A stretch of 50,397 nt of DNA from a virus (lineage: Duplodnaviria > Caudoviricetes): positions 1-50,397 of IMG/VR virus record IMGVR_UViG_3300020374_000953. One strand, given 5' to 3'. Of the stretch, positions 25,794-35,437 are shown piece by piece. Both the position numbers and the translations under genes were made by a program. Under the pieces are notes generated by a model. The model was not told where the DNA came from. It did no database searches and was given only the letters and a program-made list of their open reading frames with translations. Each line of letters begins with the position of its first letter. Positions within the stretch are counted from its first letter, which is position 1.

Positions 25794-26302
25794 TTAGCAA
25801 CTACAGGATTATTCAAAGGATTGTCTAAAGCCTTTTGGATCTTAAGATCTAACTGGTTTTCAAGTTCATCAATTTTCTTATCCAGTCTATCAAGTTTACC
25901 ATCCATTCGTAATTCAAAGGTATTGATAACACCTCTGACAGTATCTGTATTAGCCCTGTTTCTTTCGTCTTGTTTATCCATGCTATCATGTAAATCTCCT
26001 ACATCATCTTTGAGCTCGATCTTAATATCATGAACATCACTTTTTATATCACTTAAGGTCTCTTTGAACATACCTATTTCATCTTTCATTAAGATATAGT
26101 CCTCTTTAAGTATTGCTAGATTTTTATCGAATTCACTAAGATCAGGAGCCACATAGGCATCTATCTTTTGTTCCATCATAAGATATCTGTTATAAAGTTC
26201 AAAGCCTCCCCAAAGTCCGCCAATAATGGTACCTATTAAAGGCAGTATAAGTAACATCTTACTACCGCCTACTTTGATACCTTTGTATTCTATTTCTGCC
26301 AT
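25790..26302 (-). CDS. Membrane-anchored coiled-coil hypothetical protein
   Basis: 170 aa; AGGAG RBS and TAAATA upstream; single TM followed by heptad repeats. Confidence 0.8.
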   Translation of the reverse strand: MAEIEYKGIKVGGSKMLLILPLIGTIIGGLWGGFELYNRYLMMEQKIDAYVAPDLSEFDKNLAILKEDYILMKDEIGMFKETLSDIKSDVHDIKIELKDDVGDLHDSMDKQDERNRANTDTVRGVINTFELRMDGKLDRLDKKIDELENQLDLKIQKALDNPLNNPVVAN

Positions 26303-26328
26303 TTGTTTCTCCTATTAAATGTAGTTAT

Positions 26329-28398
26329 TTATTGTAAACCAAGTCCATATCCTGGTTTGTACTGTTCGTTTATCATCTCGTTCATCAGGTTATCCTGTGC
26401 TGAACCAAATAAAGCACCATATGGATCGCCCATCATAATCTGGTCCCTATACACTTGGGTATCGGAATACCATTCCATTGCATCTTCGTTTTGTTTTTGT
26501 ACATATTTTTTGAAGTTTTCAGTATCGGCCAATGATTGCATGACTGCAATTTTAGTTGTTTCGTTTATAGCACTATAAGTATCTGCCATTGCACTTAATA
26601 TCCTATTTGCTATCTTCTGTTTTGCTTTTGCTATTTCCAGTTTAACTTTCTCGGCCTTTCTCTCGTTTGATTTTGTCTTGGTTTTATCTTTTGATTTTCC
26701 TTCGCTTTTTCCATCATCTTTTTCTTCTCCTCGAGTGTCATTTCCCCCGGGAGAGTCTCCATCTTCTTGATTAGTGTCATTTGTTCCGCTACTTTCGGCT
26801 TCGGATTCGGTTTCTGACCCACTGGTATCTCCTTCAGAATCAGCGTCTCCACTGGCTTCTGATGCAGGTTCATTGTTATCTTCTCCCACTGGCTGTTCAA
26901 CATTGCTATTGGACTCTTGTAAACTTTCAGTTTGCTCAGTGGTGGACGTATCGGTTCCGACTTCGGTTTCGGAAACTTCCGGTTCCGTACTGGCATTTTC
27001 GGATAGCCCTCCTTCAGTTGTATTTACTTCTACTTCAATAACTGGTGCCTCCACTGATACCTCTATATCAGCTATAGCTGAATCAATTTGTGAACCTATG
27101 TCGGCTTCTATTTCTGCCACCGTAATCTCTGGTATTTCAGTTCCGCCTGTGTCCATGTCAAAATCTAAGCTAATCTCTGCTATTGTTTCTACTTGCACAA
27201 CTCCTGTGTCTAAGTTTGTAGAACTCATTTCAACTGTGGCTACATTAGTTGTTTCATCTACTTCTACTGTAAACTCCATTTCAATACCGCCGCCTGTTTC
27301 TTCGTTGACTATTTCTATTTCAAATGAATCAACTTCTGTGTAATCTATAGGCTCGACTACGATTGTATCTTGTATAGGATCTCCTATATATACACTTGTT
27401 AGTGTATCTTCTGATGTATTGTATATTGTTTCCTGTGTGCTAAGAACAATATTTGTTATGGTTTCTGTAATAGTTGTTATAGCATCATATGTAAGTGTCA
27501 TGAAAGGATCGCTAAACACAGGGCCATAATAACCTGAGTGGTATCCTGCGTCAGCTCCCCACAGTTCCATCTGTCCCCATACCTCTGTGTAATTGTTTGT
27601 AGCAATGTCTTGCGTGAATGAATGTGTTTGTGTACCGTTGTATGTAAGTGTTACAAAATTACTGTACTCGCCTATCAAATTGGTAGCATTGGCTCCTGCC
27701 GCCTTATAAAGTTTTGCCGTAATTCTAAATACGTCCTTACAATCTCCTCCTGTGTTAGCACATAAAGGAACAGTGGTATTTGATTTGTGTGATTGTACAT
27801 CAACACCATAGTTTAATTGAAATCCTGATTGTATTTCTGCAACAGTCAAGTCTAAGCCCATTTCAAATTGTTCTGACTGTATTTCACCTCCACCTAATGC
27901 AAGGAAGTTTGAATTTTGTTCGGTTACAAGATTGTTATTTGTATTATTCATATAACCAGTACAGGCTTCCCCTGCACCAACAGTTGAACTTGATCCACCT
28001 GTTCTACATTGTGTTTGACCTTCCAGCTTTACTCTACCAGTCGAAGACCAATCAGTATCATTTATAGTAGGCAAAGAGTTCGAAGTGGTTGTAGACGTTA
28101 GGACAGTTGTCTGTTGTGTGGTAGTGGTAGTTGTAGAAATTTGCTCAATGACTGTTTCTGTATATTGTGTTGTAGTTGTTGTATCTTCAAAGCCACCATT
28201 AAGTGCAACCTCTGTGTTTGTAATTACAGATGTGATTGTGCTAGATGTAACAGTACCGCCGTTAGGTCCGGTATCCCCTACTTGATATTGTTGGGTGTAT
28301 GCTTCTAAAGGATTAGAGTAAAAGCAAAAGCAAAAGACCACCAAAGCCCCAAGTAGTTGCTTTATTTTGCCATTCTTTTTCGTATGCTTCAAGATCAT
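26329..28398 (-). CDS. Large exported acidic, Thr-rich protein
   Basis: 689 aa, signal-like segment, beta-rich domain, acidic low-complexity linker. Confidence 0.8.
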   Translation of the reverse strand: MILKHTKKNGKIKQLLGALVVFCFCFYSNPLEAYTQQYQVGDTGPNGGTVTSSTITSVITNTEVALNGGFEDTTTTTQYTETVIEQISTTTTTTQQTTVLTSTTTSNSLPTINDTDWSSTGRVKLEGQTQCRTGGSSSTVGAGEACTGYMNNTNNNLVTEQNSNFLALGGGEIQSEQFEMGLDLTVAEIQSGFQLNYGVDVQSHKSNTTVPLCANTGGDCKDVFRITAKLYKAAGANATNLIGEYSNFVTLTYNGTQTHSFTQDIATNNYTEVWGQMELWGADAGYHSGYYGPVFSDPFMTLTYDAITTITETITNIVLSTQETIYNTSEDTLTSVYIGDPIQDTIVVEPIDYTEVDSFEIEIVNEETGGGIEMEFTVEVDETTNVATVEMSSTNLDTGVVQVETIAEISLDFDMDTGGTEIPEITVAEIEADIGSQIDSAIADIEVSVEAPVIEVEVNTTEGGLSENASTEPEVSETEVGTDTSTTEQTESLQESNSNVEQPVGEDNNEPASEASGDADSEGDTSGSETESEAESSGTNDTNQEDGDSPGGNDTRGEEKDDGKSEGKSKDKTKTKSNERKAEKVKLEIAKAKQKIANRILSAMADTYSAINETTKIAVMQSLADTENFKKYVQKQNEDAMEWYSDTQVYRDQIMMGDPYGALFGSAQDNLMNEMINEQYKPGYGLGLQ

Positions 28399-28852
28399 TT
28401 TCTTTCAACCATTTGTCGTAATCGGGACGCTTTTCAGGATTTTCTGCCCAAGCCTTAGCCGCTTCGATACCAATCTTGCCTTTGTAAGGACATGGCGTAC
28501 CAGCCATCTCCATTGATTCAAAGACCCTTGCGTCTTGGCATAGCAGGGACACAGCCGCTACCTTCATGCCCATTCCATAAAGGGCTCTTGATAGTTTAAG
28601 TCTTTCACAGTTTAAATCTCTAATAGTAGTACCGCCAGCAATACCTAACACCTGTGTTTGTACAGCGGCACTGGTTCCTGTTGAACATACGTCTTGATTG
28701 TTTATCATGACATTGGGTGCTGATGCTGTTGGTGGTGTTTTATCTACAGTGGTAGTACCTGTTACAGTTGATGTTACAGTATTTGTTTCTGCTTGTAAGG
28801 CCATAGGCCAGAAGAATGCGAGTAATGAAATTACAATTAAATATTTTTTCAC
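28313..28852 (-). CDS. Exported Cys-containing hypothetical protein
   Basis: Signal peptide (ALQA), four Cys, hydrophobic C-terminus; GTG start. Confidence 0.8.
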   Translation of the reverse strand: MKKYLIVISLLAFFWPMALQAETNTVTSTVTGTTTVDKTPPTASAPNVMINNQDVCSTGTSAAVQTQVLGIAGGTTIRDLNCERLKLSRALYGMGMKVAAVSLLCQDARVFESMEMAGTPCPYKGKIGIEAAKAWAENPEKRPDYDKWLKENDLEAYEKEWQNKATTWGFGGLLLLLLL

Positions 28853-28972
28853 GGATTTTTTGCCCTCTTTACTTTCTTACTAGTTGTTAATATACTATGC
28901 TATTATTTATGCCTAGGTGTAAATATTTTTACACCATTATTATATATAAATTAAATGCATACTAAATACAGT

Positions 28973-29227
28973 ATGAAGAAGAACCAGGAAATATCAGAGC
29001 AGGACTTTATCTGGGATCAGTTCGACAATCTTTTTGGTCCTATATCAAAGGATATGAAGGCAGAAACATTACCGCAAGAAGTGGAAAAACTTGAAGTGAA
29101 AAGAATACAATTATCCTTAGAACAGAACCAAGGAAATAGGACTAAAACTGCTGATGAATTAGGAATTGGGCGAACTAATTTGATTGCTAAATTAAGGAAG
29201 TATAACTTACTAGACTTTGTTGCATGA
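28973..29227 (+). CDS. Fis-family helix-turn-helix protein
   Basis: LEQNQGNRTKTADELGIGRTNLIAKLRKY. Confidence 0.8.
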   Translation: MKKNQEISEQDFIWDQFDNLFGPISKDMKAETLPQEVEKLEVKRIQLSLEQNQGNRTKTADELGIGRTNLIAKLRKYNLLDFVA

Positions 29228-29336
29228 AAGCCCTCACGCTCTAATAGTATTTAGTTCTAAACCAGTTTTTAGAGCTTACATTTCTCGCCTAGATATATAA
29301 CTTAAAATATATAATTAATCCACAAAAGGACAAAAG

Positions 29337-29864
29337 ATGATCGAAGGATTTACCTTACCAAAAGCAACGTTTCGTACCCGGGCGTTTGATGAGTCAAAAA
29401 TGGAATACTATTGGTTGGACAAAACCACTGATGATTATTTCAAGGGTAAAAGAGTAGTGCTATTCAGTCTACCAGGTGCATTTACTCCTACGTGTTCAAA
29501 CTATCAGTTGCCTGGATTTGAAGAAAATTATGATGCAATCAGAAACCAAGAAATTGACGCAGTTTATTGTTGTAGTGTAAATGATGCATACGTAATGAAT
29601 GCATGGGCAAAAGAACAAAAGATAGAAAATATACAGATGATTCCGGATGGTTCAGGAAACTTTACTAGATTCATGGGAATGTTGATTGGAAAGAATCACT
29701 TAGGATTTGGTATGAGAAGTTGGAGATACATGGCAATCGTTAATGACGGTGTGGTTGAAAAATGGTGGCAAGAGCAAGGCATCAACAACGAAGGCAGTGA
29801 TGACGATCCCTATGTTGAAACAACACCTGAAAACTGTCTACAATATCTAGACAAAAGCATTTAA
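29337..29864 (+). CDS. Peroxiredoxin (Prx5/redoxin type)
   Basis: LFSLPGAFTPTCS, SVNDAYVMNAW, GMRSWRY. Confidence 0.92.
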   Translation: MIEGFTLPKATFRTRAFDESKMEYYWLDKTTDDYFKGKRVVLFSLPGAFTPTCSNYQLPGFEENYDAIRNQEIDAVYCCSVNDAYVMNAWAKEQKIENIQMIPDGSGNFTRFMGMLIGKNHLGFGMRSWRYMAIVNDGVVEKWWQEQGINNEGSDDDPYVETTPENCLQYLDKSI

Positions 29865-29874
29865 AGGAGATAGT

Positions 29875-30072
29875 ATGCAAAAAATATTTTTAATCATTTC
29901 GGCTGGACTGATGCTCACTGCATGTGGCACAAGTTATATAACCAATGACGGTAAAAGACTATTGGAAAATAGTGCCCTTGGTTGTGTAGCAGGTGAAGTG
30001 CTGTTTGGTGAGTGTGCCAAAGGTGCGGCAGTAGGCGCTGGCGCTACGGTTATTTCAGATCAAAAGAAGTAG
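29875..30072 (+). CDS. Small lipoprotein with glycine-zipper-like segment
   Basis: AAGGAG RBS; lipobox LTAC; GAAVGAG. Confidence 0.75.
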   Translation: MQKIFLIISAGLMLTACGTSYITNDGKRLLENSALGCVAGEVLFGECAKGAAVGAGATVISDQKK

Positions 30073-30114
30073 CATTATTCACTGAAATTCCGATAAAGAT
30101 TTAGCCAAAATTTA

Positions 30115-30143
30115 TTGACATGTAAAAATAAGTTTGTTATAAT
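30115..30143 (+). promoter_or_regulatory. Sigma70-type promoter
   Basis: TTGACA-17 nt-TATAAT with extended TG. Confidence 0.85.
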
Positions 30144-30176
30144 TAAAACTTGATACATTAGCTATAGGAGTTTCAA

Positions 30177-30419
30177 ATGTATAAAATTTTCAAGGCAGTT
30201 CCAGAGGCAAGGTCTCGACACACTACACATAAGTATCCTTGGGCCGGTATGAAACCCGGGTCAGCAATAAACATTCCTGCAGATGATCCTGCAAGTCAAA
30301 GGAAAAGGGGCGGAACTTGTAATGCACAAAGCTCTGCTTATGCTTATGCAAAGCGTCATGGTGTAAAATTTACAAGCAGACGAATGACAGACGATAGTAT
30401 TACTATCTATATGATATAA
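30177..30419 (+). CDS. Small basic hypothetical protein, possibly DNA-binding
   Basis: AGGAG RBS; KYPWAGMKPG...KFTSR. Confidence 0.7.
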   Translation: MYKIFKAVPEARSRHTTHKYPWAGMKPGSAINIPADDPASQRKRGGTCNAQSSAYAYAKRHGVKFTSRRMTDDSITIYMI

Positions 30420-30423
30420 CAGA

Positions 30424-30498
30424 ATGGGTGTGGTGTCAATGGTAGCACGTTGGTCTCCAAAACCAAAAGTGAGGGTTCGAATCCTTCCACCTGTGCCA
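30424..30498 (+). tRNA. trnW: tRNA-Trp (CCA)
   Basis: Anticodon arm TTGGT-CTCCAAA-ACCAA, GTTCGAATC T-loop, discriminator G, CCA end. Confidence 0.92.
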
Positions 30499-30520
30499 AC
30501 ACAAGACGTAAATAAAACGT

Positions 30521-31012
30521 ATGAAATTATATAAACAAAACATTGATAATTTTTTTAGATGGGTAAAAGGCACAGAATTAGTAGAGCTAACTGATATTGA
30601 TGTTTCAGAAGATCCTGTCAGACCAGAATTAGATTTAGAATGGAGACTTTCAGCAGAGAGAAAAATCTATGGTTTGAAATATGAGGATAGTATAGAAGCA
30701 ATCATTTGTGTAGCATACACCAATGAAGTACCTAGCACAGTTAGAGAAATGGATTATATGAGTCAAGTGGCTTGCCAAGACGGACAATGTGGTAAAATAG
30801 CAGTTGCATATACTGTTTGGTCTCGTAAAAGAGGTGCCGGAAGAGAGATTATCAATAAAGTAAGGGAGTTTTTAGTTAGCGAAAGAATTGCGACGAAACG
30901 ACTTGTTACCCTATCTCCGCTTACACCTATGGCTACCCATTTCCATATAAGCAATGGAGCCAAGCAGATCAGCATAAACGATACTACTCAAAACTTCGAA
31001 TATACAATATAG
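30521..31012 (+). CDS. Hypothetical protein, possible GNAT-like fold
   Basis: AYTVWSRKRGAGREII resembles an acetyl-CoA binding loop. Confidence 0.7.
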   Translation: MKLYKQNIDNFFRWVKGTELVELTDIDVSEDPVRPELDLEWRLSAERKIYGLKYEDSIEAIICVAYTNEVPSTVREMDYMSQVACQDGQCGKIAVAYTVWSRKRGAGREIINKVREFLVSERIATKRLVTLSPLTPMATHFHISNGAKQISINDTTQNFEYTI

Positions 31013-31072
31013 TGTATGTGCTATTATTTTATATACTACATATAGTTTTTTTACGTATCCCACCAATTTTTC

Positions 31073-31101
31073 TTGACAAACAGGTTAAATAGTAATATAC
31101 T
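31073..31101 (+). promoter_or_regulatory. Sigma70-type promoter
   Basis: TTGACA-17 nt-TATACT. Confidence 0.8.
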
Positions 31102-31131
31102 TAACATATTAATTGCATTGCGGAGATCATT

Positions 31132-31617
31132 ATGCACATTACAACCAGAGGCGGCTCAAGAACACAGAAGAAATACGTTAAAAGCATGGCTGATTTTTGT
31201 GGTGAAAAACTATTAGGTTCAAGGTTATATCCAAAAATTGAACTTAGAATTGAGTTGGTAAAAAACTTAATGAAAAAAGAAAAGATCTATGGAGATGCTA
31301 TTTGGGAAGACGATGAACGTTATCCTAAAGAGTTTACAATTAGAGCAGATGCTTCGCAACCATTAAGACGTATATTAGAAACAATAGCACATGAAATGGT
31401 ACATGTAAAACAATATGCAAAGGATGAATTACACGAATATACTATGAAAAAAGGACATAGATATAAAGGTAAATTCTTTTCTGATAAGTTAGATTACTGG
31501 GATGAACCGTGGGAAATCGAAGCCCATGGTAGAGAGACTGGCTTGTTTGTTCGATGGGCAGAGAAACATAAATTGGGCAAAAGAAAATGGACTCAAGATC
31601 CTGGTGAAGCACAATAA
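31132..31617 (+). CDS. Putative zinc metallopeptidase
   Basis: IAHEMVHVKQY (HExxH) and PWEIEA. Confidence 0.8.
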   Translation: MHITTRGGSRTQKKYVKSMADFCGEKLLGSRLYPKIELRIELVKNLMKKEKIYGDAIWEDDERYPKEFTIRADASQPLRRILETIAHEMVHVKQYAKDELHEYTMKKGHRYKGKFFSDKLDYWDEPWEIEAHGRETGLFVRWAEKHKLGKRKWTQDPGEAQ

Positions 31618-31705
31618 TGGAAATACTATACTCCCTTCTTCTAATACTTGGTATATACGGATTAGCAATTTGGTTACTAATTATTTGGAATAACGAAAAA
31701 ATCTC

Positions 31706-31734
31706 TTGACAAATTAGTTTTTAGTTGCTATATT
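31706..31734 (+). promoter_or_regulatory. Sigma70-type promoter
   Basis: TTGACA-17 nt-TATATT with extended TG. Confidence 0.8.
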
Positions 31735-31764
31735 AGTAATATGTTTATTACAAAAGAGGCACCA

Positions 31765-32454
31765 ATGAAGGCAAAATCACGAACAATAAGTACCCAAAAA
31801 GCATTGGCTGTTGCATTTATGGCTGATAGATTGAACGGTGGGTATGTCAAAGAAACAAGACGTTTTTCAGAAGACGTTCCTACACTATTTGCTAACAAAG
31901 AAATAGTTAAATTTTATTTCGAAGAAGAAGATAACTTTACGCCGAGCGATTATGTCAAGGCAATTCCTAAAGACGAAGATTTTGATAGTGTTGATATTGC
32001 TCTAAATCATTTTAAAAGATACAGTATGGAAATACTTGGTGACAAGTTGAACGATTTCCAGAAAGATATTTTTTCCTGCGTCGCAGGTGAAGTTGTACAC
32101 AAAGGTAAATTGGGCATCATATCGTATATTCCTGAACTAGTAAGACGTGAAGTGGAAGAAGGGAAACTTAAAAAATTATTAAGAACAGAATATAGAAACA
32201 GTGAACCTGTTGGTGAAATGTTAAAGCCTGTGGTAGGTAACATGAAAATACTGTCAAGAACATACAGTTCTAATTGGGACTCATATAATTATCTTGCAGA
32301 CATGACAGGCAACATTGTAAGTTTTATGAAAAAAGATAAATTTGAAGTTGGTACAAGATTAAACTTCAAGGCTAAGGTTAAAGGACATCAAAAAAATAAA
32401 TTGTTTGATGGTATTAACGAAACAAGATTAAATTACATAAGGAAAACTAAATGA
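31765..32454 (+). CDS. Hypothetical protein with possible C-terminal OB fold
   Basis: GAGG RBS; FKAKVKGH...ETRLNY. Confidence 0.7.
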   Translation: MKAKSRTISTQKALAVAFMADRLNGGYVKETRRFSEDVPTLFANKEIVKFYFEEEDNFTPSDYVKAIPKDEDFDSVDIALNHFKRYSMEILGDKLNDFQKDIFSCVAGEVVHKGKLGIISYIPELVRREVEEGKLKKLLRTEYRNSEPVGEMLKPVVGNMKILSRTYSSNWDSYNYLADMTGNIVSFMKKDKFEVGTRLNFKAKVKGHQKNKLFDGINETRLNYIRKTK

Positions 32455-32684
32455 GACCAACCTACGATAATAAATGTATGGTGACCTGTACAGATAATGA
32501 TAAAGTAGCAGAAGCAGAAGTGGATTATTTTAAAGAGAAAGATTCATTGACTATTTTTTTAGCAACCAATAAAATACATATGAAATATAATGGAAGTGTC
32601 TATGTTGGCAATCAGTTTGGATATGAATTTACAACCAAAGGACCACAAGAACTTACGAAGATGAAAGGAAGAGGCGATGCCTAA
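32451..32684 (+). CDS. Hypothetical protein
   Basis: 77 aa, ATGA coupling. Confidence 0.7.
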   Translation: MRPTYDNKCMVTCTDNDKVAEAEVDYFKEKDSLTIFLATNKIHMKYNGSVYVGNQFGYEFTTKGPQELTKMKGRGDA

Positions 32685-33261
32685 TTTAGTACCAGTAGTA
32701 ATAGAAAAAGAATCAAGAGGTGAAAGAAGCTATGATATCTATAGCAGACTTTTAAAAGATAGAATTATAATGCTAGACACTGATGTGAATAGTACAAGTG
32801 CAAGTTTAATTGTTGCACAGATGTTGTTTTTAGAATCAACATCGCCAGGCAAGCCAATTAATTTTTATATTAACTCTCCAGGAGGAAGTGTAACTGCTGG
32901 AATGAGCATTTATGATACAATGCAATTTATTAAATCTCCTGTACATACCACAGTGATGGGTATTGCCGCAAGTATGGGTAGCTTTCTAGCTATGGCTGGT
33001 GAAAAGGGAAAAAGAGCTATTCTTCCACATGCAAGGCATATGATACATCAACCAAGTGGTGGTGCATCTGGACAAGCAAGTGATGTTGAAATTAGATACA
33101 AAGAATTACAGTATTGGAAAGAAACACTTACAGATCTTTATGTGAAACACATAGGTCTTGACAGAGACAAGGTTGCAAAGGACATGGATAGAGATTTTTT
33201 CATGAGTGCAAAAGAGTCTATTGAATACGGACTTGCTGACTTTATAGCTGAGAAGAAATAA
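32677..33261 (+). CDS. clpP: ATP-dependent Clp protease proteolytic subunit
   Basis: [30 protein letters not shown] (Ser), MIHQP (His), DRD (Asp). Confidence 0.96.
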   Translation: MPNLVPVVIEKESRGERSYDIYSRLLKDRIIMLDTDVNSTSASLIVAQMLFLESTSPGKPINFYINSPGGSVTAGMSIYDTMQFIKSPVHTTVMGIAASMGSFLAMAGEKGKRAILPHARHMIHQPSGGASGQASDVEIRYKELQYWKETLTDLYVKHIGLDRDKVAKDMDRDFFMSAKESIEYGLADFIAEKK

Positions 33262-33262
33262 A

Positions 33263-33814
33263 ATGCCTTCCAAAAAAAGGGTCCAAAGAAATAAAGAACA
33301 GTGGCTTGTAGAGTTTATACTCAAACACGGCTACGTTTACGGAGCAGAGCTTGGAGTACAAAAAGGCACCAATCTCAAATATCTTATTAATGCTATACCG
33401 CATTTGCATATGATAGGTGTTGATATCTGGGCAGACAAATCAGTTAGATGGGACGGAACCAAAAGTGAAGATCTTGTACATCAAGCAGAAAATGTTAATA
33501 CAGAATTTTATAAAGATCTATTAAATTTTGCAAACGATAAACATCCACGGGTGGTGTTATATAGGCACTTCACAAACTATGCACATAAGTTTGTAGAAGA
33601 TAATTCATTAGACTTCATATTCATCGATGCTGGACACGAGTATGAAGATGTGCTAGAGGATATACATTGCTGGTATCCAAAAGTAAAGCCGGGTGGACAT
33701 ATCATGGGACATGATATAAACCAACCGCAAGTCAGAAAAGCAGTAAACGAAAAATTAGGAGAAGGTACTTGGCTTTTAGCGAAGAAACAAAAGATATGGT
33801 ACAAACAAAAATGA
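33263..33814 (+). CDS. Class I SAM-dependent methyltransferase
   Basis: GAELGVQKG, LDFIFIDAGHEYE, VKPGGHIMGHD. Confidence 0.85.
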   Translation: MPSKKRVQRNKEQWLVEFILKHGYVYGAELGVQKGTNLKYLINAIPHLHMIGVDIWADKSVRWDGTKSEDLVHQAENVNTEFYKDLLNFANDKHPRVVLYRHFTNYAHKFVEDNSLDFIFIDAGHEYEDVLEDIHCWYPKVKPGGHIMGHDINQPQVRKAVNEKLGEGTWLLAKKQKIWYKQK

Positions 33815-34224
33815 ATAAGATTAATAAACAATTACATTGGACAACAGTGATCAGTGAAAAGTTTATGTTAGGCATAATAGGTTGTTTGACCATTGTTGCC
33901 GCAGGATTTGAAGTATACGAAATGTTTCTAGCAAGGAAGATTGAACTTGCTGATTTGTTTCTACTTTTTATCTATACTGAGATTATAGGAATGGTTGGAT
34001 CCTTTTATGCGAGTAGTAGGATTCCTGTAACTTTACCTATAATCATTGCCATTACTGCACTATGTAGATTGATTATTCTACACAGTAAAGATAATGAACC
34101 TTGGGTGCTTGTTGCAGAGGCTGGTGCGATATTAGTATTAGCAGGTGCGGCCTATTTAATGAGCATGAAAGAAAAATTAAGTTTAGAAAAACAAAAAATG
34201 AGAGAAGAAAATGAATCTAGTTAA
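33811..34224 (+). CDS. psiE: Phosphate-starvation-inducible PsiE-family membrane protein
   Basis: LADLFLLFIYTEIIGMV, RIPVTLPIIIAITALCRLIIL. Confidence 0.82.
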   Translation: MNKINKQLHWTTVISEKFMLGIIGCLTIVAAGFEVYEMFLARKIELADLFLLFIYTEIIGMVGSFYASSRIPVTLPIIIAITALCRLIILHSKDNEPWVLVAEAGAILVLAGAAYLMSMKEKLSLEKQKMREENESS

Positions 34225-34498
34225 AGAAACTGTAGCACAAATGAAAGGCATTCCTGAAGAAAAGGAATTAGTAGAAGCCTTGCAAAAAGCAATATTTGAG
34301 ATTACGTTTAACAAGTTGGACGGTGAAGAAAGAATTATGACATGTACGAAAATTACTGATATGATTCCAGAAGAAAGCAGACCTAAGACGGACAAAAAAG
34401 CCAAAGAAGGTACTGTTACGGTATGGGATATAAATGCTAAAGGTTGGCGTAGTTTTCGATACGATCGTGTAACAAAGGCAGTACCATGCATATTCTAA
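34211..34498 (+). CDS. WYL-like/SH3 beta-barrel phage protein
   Basis: ITFNKLDGEERIMTCT...VWDINAKGWRSFR. Confidence 0.75.
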   Translation: MNLVKETVAQMKGIPEEKELVEALQKAIFEITFNKLDGEERIMTCTKITDMIPEESRPKTDKKAKEGTVTVWDINAKGWRSFRYDRVTKAVPCIF

Positions 34499-34503
34499 AA
34501 AGA

Positions 34504-34580
34504 CTTCTCGTAGTTCAGCTGGATAGAACATTGGTTTGCGGAACCAAAGGTCGGAGGTTCGAGTCCTCCCGAGAAGGCCA
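34504..34580 (+). tRNA. trnR: tRNA-Arg (GCG)
   Basis: Acceptor CTTCTCG/CGAGAAG; anticodon arm TTGGT-TTGCGGA-ACCAA; GGTTCGAGTCC; CCA end. Confidence 0.92.
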
Positions 34581-34583
34581 ATA

Positions 34584-34778
34584 ATGGTTGAGTATAGCAA
34601 AATCAGACCAGCTCGAAAAGATTTCAGCGGTAACCTCATTAGGATCTCGATAATAGAAAAAGAAATTGAGTATGCTAAGAGTCAACTACAACCGCACGAT
34701 ACAGGCCATATTCATACTGCAATCAGTTGGATGGAACATAGAATAGAAGAACTAAAAGGAAACAAAGATGGGTCCTGA
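34584..34778 (+). CDS. Hypothetical protein
   Basis: 64 aa after the tRNA; QPHDTGHIHTAISW. Confidence 0.6.
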   Translation: MVEYSKIRPARKDFSGNLIRISIIEKEIEYAKSQLQPHDTGHIHTAISWMEHRIEELKGNKDGS

Positions 34779-35427
34779 AGGAAGTAATTTAAAATTATCT
34801 GAAAACGATCAAGACTTCTGGGTGTTGGATAAGATGCACTATAGGAAGGACGGGTTCTTTGTTGACATAGGTGCTGGTGATGGTGTCACTGGTAGCAATA
34901 CATTTATATTAGAAAAATTTTACAACTGGTTTGGAATTTGTGTAGACCCCAATCCTACCTGGTTAAAAAGTTTATGCGGATCTCGTGATACAATTATAAG
35001 TGATCTTGCAATATGGAACGAGTCAGGGAAGATACTAGATTTCGATTATCTCAAACAACAACGTGGTGAGTTCTTTGGTTGGAATTTTAGAGCAGGCATA
35101 AGTAGTTGTGTTGGTCCAACTGGTATAAAGTTTGACAAGCATAAAGTATTTTCAATTACACTTACAGATCTATTAGACTTGCACAATGCACCAAAGGTCA
35201 TAGATTACATAAGCATGGATGCTGAAGGAAGTGAAAGTAAAATATTAGAAGGTTTTGATTTTAACAAATATGACGTCAAGCTATTTTCAGTAGAATACAA
35301 CGACGCAGAAGAACGAAGCAAAATTAATCATATTCTTACAAAACATGGTTACACTGCTACAGACATCGATGACTCGGGCGAGGATCGATATATAAGTTCT
35401 GCAAAAATGCAGAATATACACTACTAG
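34768..35427 (+). CDS. FkbM-family methyltransferase
   Basis: GFFVDIGAGDG, SNT, IDYISMDAEGSE, FSVEYN. Confidence 0.85.
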   Translation: MGPEGSNLKLSENDQDFWVLDKMHYRKDGFFVDIGAGDGVTGSNTFILEKFYNWFGICVDPNPTWLKSLCGSRDTIISDLAIWNESGKILDFDYLKQQRGEFFGWNFRAGISSCVGPTGIKFDKHKVFSITLTDLLDLHNAPKVIDYISMDAEGSESKILEGFDFNKYDVKLFSVEYNDAEERSKINHILTKHGYTATDIDDSGEDRYISSAKMQNIHY

Positions 35428-35437
35428 GAGAGAGTAA

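Noticed and set aside
26631-27343. Alternative-frame ORFs within the 689-aa gene
   Set aside because: By-products of low-complexity acidic coding sequence
34536-34583. Track start of the ORF inside tRNA-Arg
   Set aside because: It overlaps a well-formed tRNA; ATG 34584 is preferred
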